NCBI GenBank assembly: GCA_964016885.1
Contig: OZ024740.1
Location: 80,724,001 to 80,788,000 of the forward strand
Source of the DNA: Eledone cirrhosa
Lineage: Eukaryota
Reading direction: 5' to 3'
Length of the DNA: 64,000 bases
Positions 14,329-27,692 of the stretch are shown one piece after another. The notes beneath the pieces were generated by a model that was not told the DNA's origin, searched no databases, and saw only the letters and a list, made by a program, of their open reading frames with translations. Each line of letters starts with the position of its first letter. Positions within the stretch are counted from its first letter, which is position 1. Both the position numbers and the translations under genes were made by a program.

Positions 14329-14589
14329 TTATGTATGTATGTATGTATGTATGTATGTATGTATGTATGTATGTATGTATGTATATATATAAAGAATGAA
14401 TAATAACAGGTAGACATCATAAAAAGGTAATTTATTCCGTGTGCTTACAAATGTTTCCACGGTGGTACTACAGCCTAGTTATGCTATGTACAAATTTACA
14501 AGTATTTGCAGAACTCAAATATCCAATGCTGTGACCACTGTATCCTCAGAGCAGAATGGTACAAATTAGTACAAAACTATCTCTACAAA

Positions 14590-15303
14590 ACTATCGATTA
14601 GTACAAATCTATCTCTTTCATTCTTTAAGTTAATCAACAAACATTTCCCTAGTTCCCATAAATACAGCAACATTCTGAACTCTAAAACTATAAGCCTATC
14701 ATACTGAACGGCACCAAACCTTGAAGCATACATAAAAAAACTTAACTTAAGGCAATTTAACAACTCTACAAAACAAAACATTTTAGTAACAGATGGGCAG
14801 AACGTAATATCTGCCTCCCAACCACTAAATGGGAGACGGGTATTACACAATCCATCTGTACCGCTATCACAACCTATCCATGGTACACCCGCTACCCACG
14901 ATGTCCATTGAAGAATGAATGCCTAAAGTCCAACATTGTTTACCAATGCACGGTTGTATCGAACGACCAGAAATGGTATTATATCGGATCTACCACCACC
15001 TCGTTTAAATCTCGCTGGTACCGTCATCGATTCTCAATCAAACATCCTAATCACCGTTTTGTGACCACGCTCGCCAACAAGACCTGGCAACTCCGTGAAC
15101 GCAACCAACAGTTCACCTTAAAATGGGATATACTTTCCAGCGCAAGTGCATATCGGAGTGGATTGAAGTACTGCAGTTTATGTAACCTTGAACTCTTTTA
15201 CATATTAAAATCCAAAAACAAACTACTAAACGATAGAATTGAACGATCATTATACTGCAACCACAAACTAAAAGCTAAATTCTCTCACTATAAAATAACT
15301 TAA
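14590..15303 (+). pseudogene. Naiad-type thumb remnant + GIY-YIG endonuclease
   Basis: KHFPSSHKY..SY*TAPNL; CPLKNECLKSNIVYQC..YYIGSTTTSFKSRWYRH..TTLANKTW..CSLCNLE..LLN..CNH. Confidence 0.88.
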
Positions 15304-15785
15304 CATTCGAACCCGTAACTATAACATCGCTTTCTAGCTAACCACCTTCTCTTCCCCCACACTACAAGACAATACACTGCTTATCACTATAAATGGTAAC
15401 TCAGTGCAATTCGTAGATTACTACTACAAAGTTCACTCACCACATAAACTTCGTCTGTCCCCTCTCTACCTCTCTCTCTACATCCATTACACTCTCTCTC
15501 TCGCTTTTGGCCTACCTCCCTCTCCACATCTATGAACCTGCCCTCTGGGGCAATAAATAATTCCGACCTTAACTATCAACGCATCTCTCCAAAAGTAACC
15601 AATATAATAAAACCCCTACCATAACATTTTGATTAAGATATCTACAAACCACTCTCTCCTACTTCTCCAACCCCTGCATATCTTTCTCTCTCTCTCCCTC
15701 TTCCCTACTTTTCTCTCTTCCTTTTCTACTCTATCTTCCCCAACAACCCCACTTAAGGGTATTTACATTGTACATTTTACCATTC

Positions 15786-15897
15786 TGCTCTGAGGATACA
15801 GTGGTCACAGCATTGGATATTTGAGTTCTGCAAATACTTGTAAATTTGCACATAGCATAACTAGGCTGTAGTACCACCGTGGAAACATTTGTAAGCA
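15786..15897 (+). ncRNA. Type-I hammerhead with 85-nt extended stem II; antisense copy at 14442-14553
   Basis: tgct-CTGAGGA-[tacagtggt cacagc...gctgt agtaccaccgtg]-GAAA-cattt-GTA-agca. Confidence 0.7.
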
Positions 15898-16089
15898 CAC
15901 GGAATAAATTACCTTTTTATGATGTCTACCTGTTATTATTCATTCTTTATATACACTCCGGAATACAGAAGGATCAGGAACTAAGTTTCTTCAACAATTC
16001 TTCCATAACTCGTAGAGTAACCTCTCACCATACGTCAACCATATCCAGTGTAGTAATTAACCATTACTACATCTTGGGTAATCCTATAC

Positions 16090-16135
<46 letters not shown>

Positions 16136-16138
<3 letters not shown>

Positions 16139-16602
16139 AAAAAAAGATGAAATCGAAAATGCAAATGGAGTCTTATTTTTAAAAAAATATATATATTTAT
16201 TTGGTTCGGTTTCGCAGTTCTTCTGCTTTTCAAAAGTAGAGTTGAGATGGAGGGTCTGTGGTTTTTCTCACATTGTCGAGTGATCCAATCTGCATACTGA
16301 GGTGTCGGTAAACAACAAAGATATACTCAAAATATATACATATATATATATATATATGATTATTTACATATACATATGTATATATATGTGTGTGTGTGAG
16401 AAAAACCACAGACCCTCCACCTCAACTCTACTTTTGAAAAGCAGAAGAACTGCGAAACCTGTAAAGGAACCAAATAATTATATATATTTAAAAAAAAATA
16501 AGACTCCAGTTGCATTTTCGATTTCATCTTTTTTTCTTTATACTTTCACTCGAGTAGGACACCTCGGTTATTTTTCATTTTAAAAAAAATCCTCACTTTC
16601 TT
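16136..16602 (+). mobile_element. Fold-back PLE terminus, family C
   Basis: Inverted arms 16136-16272 and 16396-16540 plus tail; same family at 27173-27484 and 54036-54370; hammerhead variant at 16431-16467. Confidence 0.78.
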
Positions 16603-16716
16603 ATATATATATGTGTGTGTGTGTATGTATGTATACACACATACACCCCCCCCCCCCACACACACACCCATATATATATATATATATGTATGTATGTATA
16701 TATATATATATGTATG

Positions 16717-16791
<75 letters not shown>

Positions 16792-16963
16792 ATAATAATA
16801 CATTTGAAGAATAAAATCCAAAGAGGGCTCGATAAGGATAAATATATATCAAATATATAAGAACCGTAGTGCAAATATGTTTCAGAAGATCCCGTTAAGG
16901 GTGAAAGCAGCGATTCTTTGCTTAAACTTTAATCTATTATTTTAATATATATATATATATATA

Positions 16964-17115
16964 TAGGAACAAGTATGACCCCGACGGCTGAGCTCAGAAT
17001 TAGCCGTCGAAACGGCTTGAGCTCAGTCGTCTGGGTCCTACTTGTTCTTACTACCCACTCTACTACCCTAAGTATTGAGTACTTTGGTGCGTTATGGTCC
17101 ATCTGGTTCCTTACC

Positions 17116-17116
<1 letters not shown>
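16964..17116 (+). mobile_element. Short fold-back element, family B
   Basis: gtatgaccccgacggctgagctc / gagctcagtcgtctgggtcctac arms plus conserved tail taccctaagtattgagtac..., flanked by (TA)n. Confidence 0.75.
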
Positions 17117-17149
<33 letters not shown>

Positions 17150-17193
17150 ACTCGCACACACATATATATATACATATGTATATGTAAATAATC

Positions 17194-17225
<32 letters not shown>

Positions 17226-17436
17226 TTTGAGTATATGTTGGTTGTTTACCGACACCTCAGTATGCAGAGTGGAGCACTCGACGAAGCACGTAGGCTGGTT
17301 TGGTTACTCTGGAGTAATGTAAAATAAAATAATTAAGTCAAATATTAAAAATATATATAGCATTAGATCTTTAATAAACGAAGCCAATTTTTTATATTTG
17401 ACTTAATTATTTTATTTTATATATGTATATATATAT

Positions 17437-17469
<33 letters not shown>

Positions 17470-17470
<1 letters not shown>

Positions 17471-17872
17471 TTAAAAGTTAACCAAGTTTCAATGAATAAA
17501 TCAAAGAATGAGTTTTCCTATAGATTGGAAGCACTCAACAAGATTGGTATTCCAGAGTTATTAATATTAATTCAATGCACTGGGTAATTGCTGGCCTTGT
17601 GCCTAAAGTAGAAACAATTAATATTAATTCAAAATATTAACAAAATACATATTCTTGTGATCAAGTATGTTTTATTATACATATTTCAGAGGTACTGAGT
17701 CACTACCATGACTGAATCTTAACCATCTACTATGTCAGGGTATGTCATGAATCGTCTTATTTTATCTGATGAGGACGTACTGTTGAACTTAACTCAGTAC
17801 CTCTGAAATATGTATAATAAAATATACTTGATACAAGAATACCTATTTTGTTAATATTTTGAATTAATATAT
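17470..17872 (+). mobile_element. Fold-back PLE terminus, family D, interrupted by a SINE 3' fragment
   Basis: Inverted arms about 17623-17700 and 17792-17870; SINE tail about 17576-17617 flanked by duplicated ttaatattaattcaa. Confidence 0.75.
17758..17824 (+). ncRNA. Type-I hammerhead ribozyme
   Basis: tattttat-CTGATGA-ggacgtactg..cagtacctct-GAAA-tatgta-TA-ataaaata; 8-bp stem I. Confidence 0.72.
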
Positions 17873-17980
17873 ATGAATATATATATATGTATTTATAAAT
17901 ATATGTAAAAAGGTAACAAGAAATAACAACAAAATCGGTAGGAATATATTAAGTTAACGCTTGAAGTAGCAGGAAGTGGC

Positions 17981-18016
17981 TATTAACGTTTCGGACGCTA
18001 GTCCTTCATCAGAAGA
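17981..18016 (-). ncRNA. Minimal PLE-type hammerhead; degenerate paralog at about 6160-6190
   Basis: Reverse complement reads ttctt-CTGATGA-aggac tagc gtcc-GAAA-cgtta-atag; stem I pairing is weak. Confidence 0.6.
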
Positions 18017-18539
18017 AAGAATAAGAAATTAGAAAGATTGAAGAGACAGACGGGCGGAATATATATGTACATACCTATGTATAGAGAAAACGAAAGATAG
18101 AGAGATAAATTTTATGTTCACACACACACACACACTCACGCACGCACACACGCACACACATATATATAACAGTGGTGTATATGTAAGAATATGCTATATG
18201 TTTATGTAGGATAAATATATTGGTAGCCTTCATATCAAAGAAGAAATCTTTTTTGTAAAAACAACAACATATTTTCCTTTATTTTAGAGTGTTAGTTGCA
18301 GTCGTAAATATCAGACAGTGCAGTTTCAATATTCATTGATCTTTTATCAGTGACATTCTCTCAAAGAGTACTGACATGGAAATAGACTAGTGTCTATGTA
18401 GATTTAACTGATGATCATTTGCTGGAATTTCTCAACTGCATGCAGAAAATAGACACCGGCTGAAAATGCTCATTTTCATACAGTACGGACTTGGCTGGTT
18501 ATAATTAATTGACAGTAACACTAAGACACTAACATTATA

Positions 18540-18718
18540 CGCAGTATCGGTAGAGGGTCGGACGCCATGCTTTGACGCATAGAGTTACGGCCCTTGCCAT
18601 TCTGAGTTAAAATCCCGCCGAGGTTAACTTTGCCTTTCATCCTTACGGGGTCGATAAAATAAAGTACCAGTAATACACTGGATAATTGCTGGCCTTGTGC
18701 CTAACGTAGAAACAATTA
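18540..18718 (+). mobile_element. tRNA-derived SINE
   Basis: Same family as 8361-8548 and 49197-49388. Confidence 0.85.
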
Positions 18719-20316
18719 TACTTAAACTCCGTCTTAATGCTACTGCCAGTATATATATAGAAGCTAAAGGACAAAAGTCCTGCTTGAATGGGGGATTTTT
18801 CTCTGAAGACTTTCTGGTGTCTAACACTCCTGAGAGTTTCTTACCACTGTACACACCCCCCCCCACACACACACGCACACAGACATATATATATATATAA
18901 GAAAATAATTTTTTTTTAATGTCCCACACAGGTAAAAATATAAGGAAAATAATTTGAAAATGCAACTGGAGTCTTTTAAGAATATTTACTTTACCGGTAT
19001 CACAGTTTTTATGATTATCAAAAGTAAAATTGATATGGTGGGTTTGTGTTTCTGCTGTGGTTCATATTGCTATTTGTTCAAAATGAAGTTTTATTGGGTG
19101 ATGTCATTCACGTGATTAGTTAAAGTTATTTTTGTGCCAGAAATGGATTGTCAGAAAATAAAAGAAGAGAAAAAAATGCAATGTTATGTTTAAGTGGGTA
19201 TGTCTAACGACAAAGTCAAATTTTAAGAGGTGTCTGGCTCAGGTACCTATTTGTTTAAAATGCAATTTTATTAGTTGATGACAGTCACGGGATTTAAATG
19301 ATTGTTTCAGGTTTAATAGAAGGTTTTTCATGTTTTGATCTTCATATCGTAAAGGTAGGTGTTTGTAAAAGTGGTAAATAATTTCTGGGGTTAACTACAG
19401 TTAACTAAGTAGTAAACACTTTTTCTTGGTTTTATGTTCTGTTTTTCTTAGAGCTTTAATATCTACCTTTTGTCCGTTTTCTTCCATTACATTATTTAGG
19501 CCAAGTGCGAAGAGTCTTTGAGGTGAAATATACAAGCAGGACCTGCTCTAATTGATAGCAATTTCTAATCATCATGTTGGTAAGTTGATATATTTCTTCA
19601 CAGAGTATTTACAAGCATTACAAGTATCACAAACATTATTTTGTTTTTATGTATTTTGAGGAAGTCATAAAAAATGCTAGTGATTCATCTGAAGCAGTTT
19701 ATGTAATGAAATGATTTTTGCGGTTAAATCTTTGTGATATTTATTTAGTAGTGTTAGAAGATTTCCCATTATTATTTTTTTTATTATTCATTGTCATGTT
19801 CTTTTCCATAGTAATTACTGTCTTCTAATATTTTGAATGCAAGTTCTCTACAATTATCTGTATCTATAGAAACATAAACGCTACCTGTATCGGTTCTCTT
19901 AATTGTAATTTCAATGTCTTTTGTAAAACATCTAGGTTTCTCCATTCTTGTTTGGAAAAATCTTGATTTTCAATGGTTTTTATGGAAAAATTCCTGTTTA
20001 CAAAGTAACTATCTAGTGATTTATTCTTTCCTTCCTTTCGCTAGACAACCATTTTATTTTAAACTAATGGGTCGTCATCATTATCACATAATTTTAAAAT
20101 ATTCACCTCACCTAAATGTAAGGGAGAATTCTGTAATGTCATGTTTAATTTGAAGAAAGTTTGATTGTTTCGATATAAGTGTCAATTTCTGTACTTCATA
20201 TTTATTTGAATACTTCTTTCGATAATATATTTACCATGATTTTCATGCTTTGAAGCCATATTATGCCCTGATATTTCTGTGTTTATCTGCATAAGGAGTA
20301 TTATTTTGTGCATCAG

Positions 20317-20527
20317 TGTGGTGGGTTTGCAGCATCGGTAGAAATCAAAACAACATTCTTTGTGGCATAGAGTAATGACCCTTTACATTCTTTCAAATCC
20401 CGCCAGAGTAGCTCTGCTTTTTATCTTTTCGGGTTGATAAAATAAAGTACTTGTATGCACTTGGGTGGATTTCGTTGACATATCTTCTTTCAAGTTAGTA
20501 ATGCTGTACCTCAAGTAGAAACAATTA
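20317..20527 (+). mobile_element. Diverged tRNA-derived SINE
   Basis: gcagcatcggtag...ttcaaatcccgcc...gggttgataaaataaagtac...aagtagaaacaatta. Confidence 0.7.
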
Positions 20528-21099
20528 ATTTACGCAGCACTGTAATCACTTGTTTTGTTATGTGTTTATCTAAAAGAAGATTTTTATGTAGGTATTGTTG
20601 TTTTGAAGAAGGCCTTTCTTCCTATGGTGGTTTTTATGAAATACTCCTTTAGAATTTCATGCATCCTGGTAACATTTCAAATGAAATTCAGAAGTTTTTT
20701 CTATAAGGCTGTATGTTTCTATAAGGCTATGTATATTTCTATAAGGCTATATATGTTTCAAACTCATTCCCCTAAAAATGTTGCTTTGCTAATTCATTTT
20801 ACTTTTCAAATTTAGTTCTGTAAAGATTTTGCTTTGATAATTTTCTTCATGAAAGTATTTCTTAATTGTATGTTGTCTGAAATTCCGCTTCGTATTTCCG
20901 GAACAATTTTGCCTTTCCTCTAATCACTCGAGTGATACGAAATCTGCGTTATGAAGATCGTATTTCCCTAATTTTTTAAACATATCCTATCATGTTCTTG
21001 ATGCACTCTTCTTCCATTTGTATTTGTGTATATACATCGAGGTTCTTAATTTTAGCATTTCTAGTTTATGTCTATTTTGTTTACATATTTTGTCATATA

Positions 21100-21236
<137 letters not shown>

Positions 21237-21243
21237 CTCTTTT

Positions 21244-21278
<35 letters not shown>

Positions 21279-21588
21279 CCAACCGTGACCATCTCCACTG
21301 AAAGTTTTCATGAAATAGTCTTTAAGGCTATACAGAGCATTTGATGTTATTCCAAATTGAAGGATAAGTGTTTTAAACTTTATTTTATCATGAGTTAAAG
21401 GTCTATTGATTTTTCCCTGGATTTCACTAAATTCTGTGGATGAATTTGTATCCTGATTCTCTTTTGAGATGAGTTTGAATTATTTTTCCTAAATCTTACG
21501 TTAACTACTTTTCCCATCTTGACGCCATAGTCGCATACATGTTATAGAATACTATTAGCTTCTCGCTAAAACAATTTCTATACCTTTC

Positions 21589-21619
<31 letters not shown>

Positions 21620-21624
<5 letters not shown>

Positions 21625-21827
21625 AAGAGTCATAACCCCGAAGGCAGAGCTCAAGCAGTTTCGACAGATATTTCTGGACAAAAATCGCAGTCCAGAAATA
21701 GCTGTCAAAACGGTTTAAGCTCTGCCGTCGGGGTTCTGACTATTTTCCTATTACCCACTCTACTACTCAAAGTATCATGTACTCTGGTGCATTATGGTCC
21801 ACCTGGTTCCTTACCACACTTCCTTCG

Positions 21828-21830
<3 letters not shown>
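21620..21830 (+). mobile_element. Short fold-back element, family B
   Basis: About 60-bp arms around the spacer aaaaatcgca, conserved tail, (TA)n on both sides. Confidence 0.75.
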
Positions 21831-21899
<69 letters not shown>

Positions 21900-21907
<8 letters not shown>

Positions 21908-23246
21908 ATACTTTGGGAGGGTCATGTTGCCAATAATAAAAACACGTACCAGTTGCTTTCACTCCAATTTATTATAAATTAAATTATACATTTAAAAATG
22001 TACAACTTTCCGGTTGGTTGGTTGGTTCCATAACCGGACGGTTGTTCATATATTGTCAAATTTCTTTCGTCACACATTGTCTGGCCTCTTCAGTGACCGG
22101 GGATTCGTCTCTTTGTTTTGTGCCTCTTCTTTGTCCTGTCCTACGCCATCTTGTTTTTGTGTGTGTTGTGTGCTTAGTTTGCGCATGTGTTACATCCGGG
22201 TGTCTGTGTGAGTTTTTATTTGTATATTTATTTGTTTATTTACATGTTACTGGTTGGTTGTTTGTGCTATGTGTGTGTGTTTTCATTTTGTACTTAATTG
22301 TAAGTTGTGATGTCGCTATTCCATTTATGTTTTCTATTTAATTTTGGTTGGACTTCATTTATGTTTATTTCCTCTGTGATTTGTTTAAACACTGCCTCTT
22401 TTCTGTGTAGATTTTATTTTTATTTCTATGTTCTCTAATTTGCCCTTATGTTATATTTTACCATGTTGGTGGAGTACTGATGAATCTTTTCTATGTTGAA
22501 GCTCTCGCCAGTTTTCATTTAATCGTTCTCCTATACTACGAGCTGTCTCATCTATGTACACTATATTCTTAACTTTACATCGTCCTTCAGTACATCTTAT
22601 GCTATATACTATGTTTCTAGTTTTACAGTTAATATGGGGGCTTAGTTTACATGTTATGCATTTCTTATCTATACAGGGATGTCTTTGAAAAGGGTATGTA
22701 TTAGTAATAAGTGTTTTTATGGAGATACCTGGTCTTTCTACTATCTTAATATTTAGTTTAAGTTTATCTAGGGCCCTTCTAAATTTGTAAGCTAATTCAC
22801 CTCTAGGCGTTGTATTGATGAACATTACACTCTGGTATTTATTGCTAACATACCATGAGTTTATTCTATTAAGCTTATTCCTAGTTCTTTCTATTCTATT
22901 CCAAATGTTGCTCCTATACAAGGGGCAGGTCCCATTTGTTTCATTATTTACCATTTATCCCATTTGGTTTTGGCTCCTCTATATATTCTGATTTTATGTT
23001 TCTGATTTTAACCAGAGAACTGTATACGGTGGATGAAGTGTTGTATGTGTCTCTCTAGTTCTTTGGGGTTGCACATGCGGGACACGTTTCCAATCACCCG
23101 TACTAAATCCGCAATCAGTATATTGATTTTGCTGTGATCCGAAACAGCTGAGTTTCGGTGGATCAGATATTTGGAAGTCATGGGTTTGGCATAATGGGAA
23201 TGGAGGAATTGTATTTTGTTATTAATTGTTTCTAACCAGAACTCTG
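21900..23246 (-). mobile_element. Neptune-like PLE copy 2 (5'-truncated), with hammerhead-like motif at 22055-22097
   Basis: ORF 22451-22954 matches copy 1 (PLYRS..TPRGEL..CKTRNIVYSIRC..ETARSIGERLNE); reverse complement gtca-CTGAAGA-..-GAAA-..-tgac. Confidence 0.88.
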
Positions 23247-23315
23247 TGGCTCTCTCTCTCCCTCTTTCCTGCTGTGTCTTATTATATATGATACATTTGA
23301 ATTCATATATATATA

Positions 23316-24922
23316 TATAGTATTAATTATACTATTTATGGTTATGCAAATACAAAAATCTTTTGCAGTTATATATATTTTTATAAACCCTAAACAGTGG
23401 TAGGCAGTAATATATTACTACCTTATTACCAGTAAGATAAATAGCTCAATGTAAAAACATCAGATGATTTACAGAGCAGTTATATGAATTATAAGAATCA
23501 AAGAACTGTTCAAAACATTGTTATGCTTACAACTGTTTCCTCCAAACCGAGGTTTGGATTCTTCGGAGCAATTTATTATTGAATGAACACTTATATGACC
23601 TCCTTATCAGCCAAGAGACATACAGATACATATGCAAATATTGTGGGTCAACATTCATTATAGCATTTAGTGTGGCAGTACACACTTAGAAATTACATTC
23701 ATATTAAAAGATACAATCAAAAATACAGCGATGATGCACTTCTACTTATAGAATATAAAAAATTTAATTTAGAAAGAACTAGAAAACTATTGCACAAGAC
23801 ATTCAAAAACTTTAACCTTAGTATCACCATGGACAAAAACACTAAAAATGTTAACTTCCTAGACGCCACACTATACCTAGACTCAAAAATATATACACCT
23901 TTCCATAAGCCTAACGAAAAACTCATTTACGTGGATACCAAGTCTAATCACCCTAGATCAATATTAAACTATATCTCTAAGGGGGTATCCAATAGAATCT
24001 CTAATCTATCCTATGACGCAAACATATTTAGCAAAAACTCACAATATTATAATCAAGCATTAGCTAGATCCGGCCATAATATGGAGATTGAGTTACTACC
24101 TAAGAAAACACATAGCTACAACATCATCTCGCACAATATGTCCATGAGGAAACCTAATAATATGAATAGCAACCACACGTACACTAAAGCGGAGGGTGCC
24201 ACCAGAAGTAACCATTACCACGGAAACTACCGTAGTACCTTAGGAAGAAACAACACACCAGACACTAAAAACAAAAATAGAAGAAGAAATAATACATTTT
24301 TCAACCCTCCTTTCAACCTAAATGTCTCCACCAACATACCTAGGGCTTTCTTCTCACTACTAGATAAAAACTTACCTCTAGGACACAAGTACCATAACCT
24401 TTTAAACAAAAACACTATTTAAATCTCATACTCGACGACGCCTAACTTAGCATACCACATAGCTAGCAGCAATAAAAGTAAAATTAATTCTTATTTCCAA
24501 CAAACGAAATCACAACAGGAGGTAAACCTTCTAAATACCTCTATAGCAAGCAACCATAATAACGGCAGTAATAATCGAAATAACAATAGTATAAGAAATA
24601 ACACTGGGGTCGACAACCCGAATGTCCAAAATCCTATAGCTACCACCCGGACTTCTGTACTGCATTATAACCAGCAGACTAACACCCAGGATAATTGTAA
24701 CTGTAGAGCTAATAGAACCTGCCCTTTAGATAAAAAATGCCTAACCAAGGATATCATATACTCATGCACCGTCACAACTAGCAACTCTTCAGAAACCTAT
24801 GTAGGCTCCACTTCTAACTGCTTCAAAATCAGATATAATTCACACATTCACTCGTTCAAAAAGCATAGTCTAGCCAACTCCACCTCACTATCTAGCTACA
24901 TACACTATCTAAAAACTAAATT
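23316..24922 (+). mobile_element. Truncated Naiad-type PLE: inverted pLTR (23316-23700, hammerhead 23524-23570 on -) plus RT C-terminus/thumb/GIY-YIG start
   Basis: DDALL..VNFLDATL..PFHKPN..YVDTKSNHP..FFNPPF..; CNCRANRTCPLDKKCL..YVGST; close relative of 30009-32400. Confidence 0.88.
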
Positions 24923-25035
24923 CATATACATATATATATATGAATTCAAATGTATCATATATAGTAAGACACAGCAGGAAGAGGCAGAGAGAGAGAGAGA
25001 GAGAGGGGGAGAGAAGGACAGGCAGAGAGAGAGAG

Positions 25036-25100
<65 letters not shown>

Positions 25101-25495
25101 AAATGAGAATAAGAAAGAGATGAGACAACAGGAGACAACGCGGAAAGTGAAGTCTATGATCAAAGAATATAAATGAGTAAAAGAAACAGTGTAATGTTAA
25201 ATACATAGCAATTCAAAAATTCTCGCTCATGTCTAAGATCATACAATGAATCAATGGGCGAAGACTACGGATAAACGGACGAAACAGTACAGTCACTCCT
25301 CATCAATCGACCGCTGGAGGTCATCATGATTTCGGTTATTTATGGTTAAAGCCACTAGCTCCAGTGCACAAGGGGCAGTAACAAAGGAACACAAGACATG
25401 AAGATTGGTTTTTAGACTGTTTACAGATAAATAAAATCTGCTACGGACTAACGTGCTGCCCACTGGGAAGACACACACACACACACACACATACA

Positions 25496-25548
<53 letters not shown>

Positions 25549-26576
25549 ACACACACAAACACACACACACACACACGCACACACGGATATATATATATTC
25601 GAGTGAAGTTGGTCGGTCATATGCAAGGTTGTCGACACGGGTAACAACTCAACCTCGAAGATGGTTTGTTAACTGTTGTGGAACTTTATAATGTACTAGG
25701 CCACCCGTGACCGGTTGGGTCACGTTCGCCTCAAAATATTTAAAAAAAACCATGTTCACTTAAAAATCATTTTTAAATAATTAAAATATATACAGACATG
25801 TATATAATGTGAAATGAAACTGGAAGGCCCATATATATATACGTGTATATAGATATGCGGGTGTCTGTGATCTACATACACTGATCATAGACCCACACAC
25901 ACATATATACACACACACTCATATATATATATATACACACAACAACACCCCATATTTCGGGAACTCGTACTTCGATTTACGCGAAAATTGTTTTATTCCA
26001 TTTGTATTCCCATTTCAGGTTCAACTTCCTTTCAAATTATTTTCCCATTATGTACCCTTTTGACTATATTACATTACAGATGAGCAAGCAAACAAGCAAT
26101 CACAGAGTTTTAGTAGTATGGATGTCTAGCAGTAAAAGACAGACAATGCCACCCACGCCTGAACGCGTACGACAGCTTGACCGGAGGATAGACAAACGCC
26201 ACCCAGAGGATAGAATGATGACGAAGATGGGATAATTGAACCAATGAAAAGGCTGAAATAACAGGTTACTAATATGTGCTGTAGATAGCTAATAGCTGCT
26301 GTGTTTAAACAAACAGAATCGGAGACGAACTCATATACCAAACATATCTAATGAACTTTCGATTACAGAGTCAGGATTCGATCTATAATAGATCATGCTT
26401 CGAGCTGATCAATAGAGAAACATATAATATGTTATAAAATATGGTATGATGCAACACTGAATCCTTGTTCCTTATAATTATAATATTATACTCTGGTCTG
26501 CGAGATCATCGAGTGCTCAACCGGCATACCGCCTACGGACGCATGTTACTTGCAACCTTACAGCTATATATATATA

Positions 26577-26772
26577 TAGGAGAAAGTATGACCCCGACGG
26601 CAGAGCTCAAGCCGTTTCGACGGCTATTTCAGTCCAGAAATAGTCGTCGAAACGGCTTGAGCTCTGCCGTCGTGGTCATACTTTCTACTATTACCCATTC
26701 TACTACCCTAAGTATTGAGTACTTCGGTGCGTTATGGTCCATCTGTTTCCTTACCACAACTCCTTCGTTATA
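26577..26772 (+). mobile_element. Short fold-back element, family B
   Basis: About 55-bp arms around agtcca, conserved tail, (TA) flanks. Confidence 0.75.
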
Positions 26773-27044
26773 TATATACAGGTTTTAATAAATCCCTATG
26801 AAATAATATATTGATAATGTTTCTAGGTATGAATCTCAATACACTTCAGCTTAAAGCATCAATTATATGCGTATAAACGATATATAGCAGAATATATGAT
26901 TTCAGAAACAACTAGCAGAAACAACTAGTAATTTGTACATGCATGCAGAACAAATATGTAAATTTAAATACATACTACTAGATGTCAAACGTATGGGTCC
27001 TTTTATCATCGAGAAGTATGTATTTAAATTTACATATTATTTGT

Positions 27045-27574
<530 letters not shown>

Positions 27575-27649
27575 AATATAAATTAGCGAGAATCGTATTT
27601 CGGCTTTGGAATTAGCGAAAAACAACTTCCGAGATGTGTGGCAAGCGCT

Positions 27650-27692
<43 letters not shown>

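Larger units (their letters stand above)
14388..16092 (+). mobile_element. 5'-truncated Naiad-type PLE with inverted terminal copy
   Basis: 14388-14560 is the reverse complement of 15779-15950; internal thumb and GIY-YIG coding sequence; ends in (TA)n. Confidence 0.88.

Noticed and set aside
14704-14709. In-frame TGA in a Naiad thumb (SY*TAPN) as possible selenocysteine, since some Naiads encode selenoproteins
   Set aside because: It aligns to S/T rather than a conserved Cys in the sister copies here, is explained by a point mutation in a decayed copy, and I could not identify a convincing SECIS
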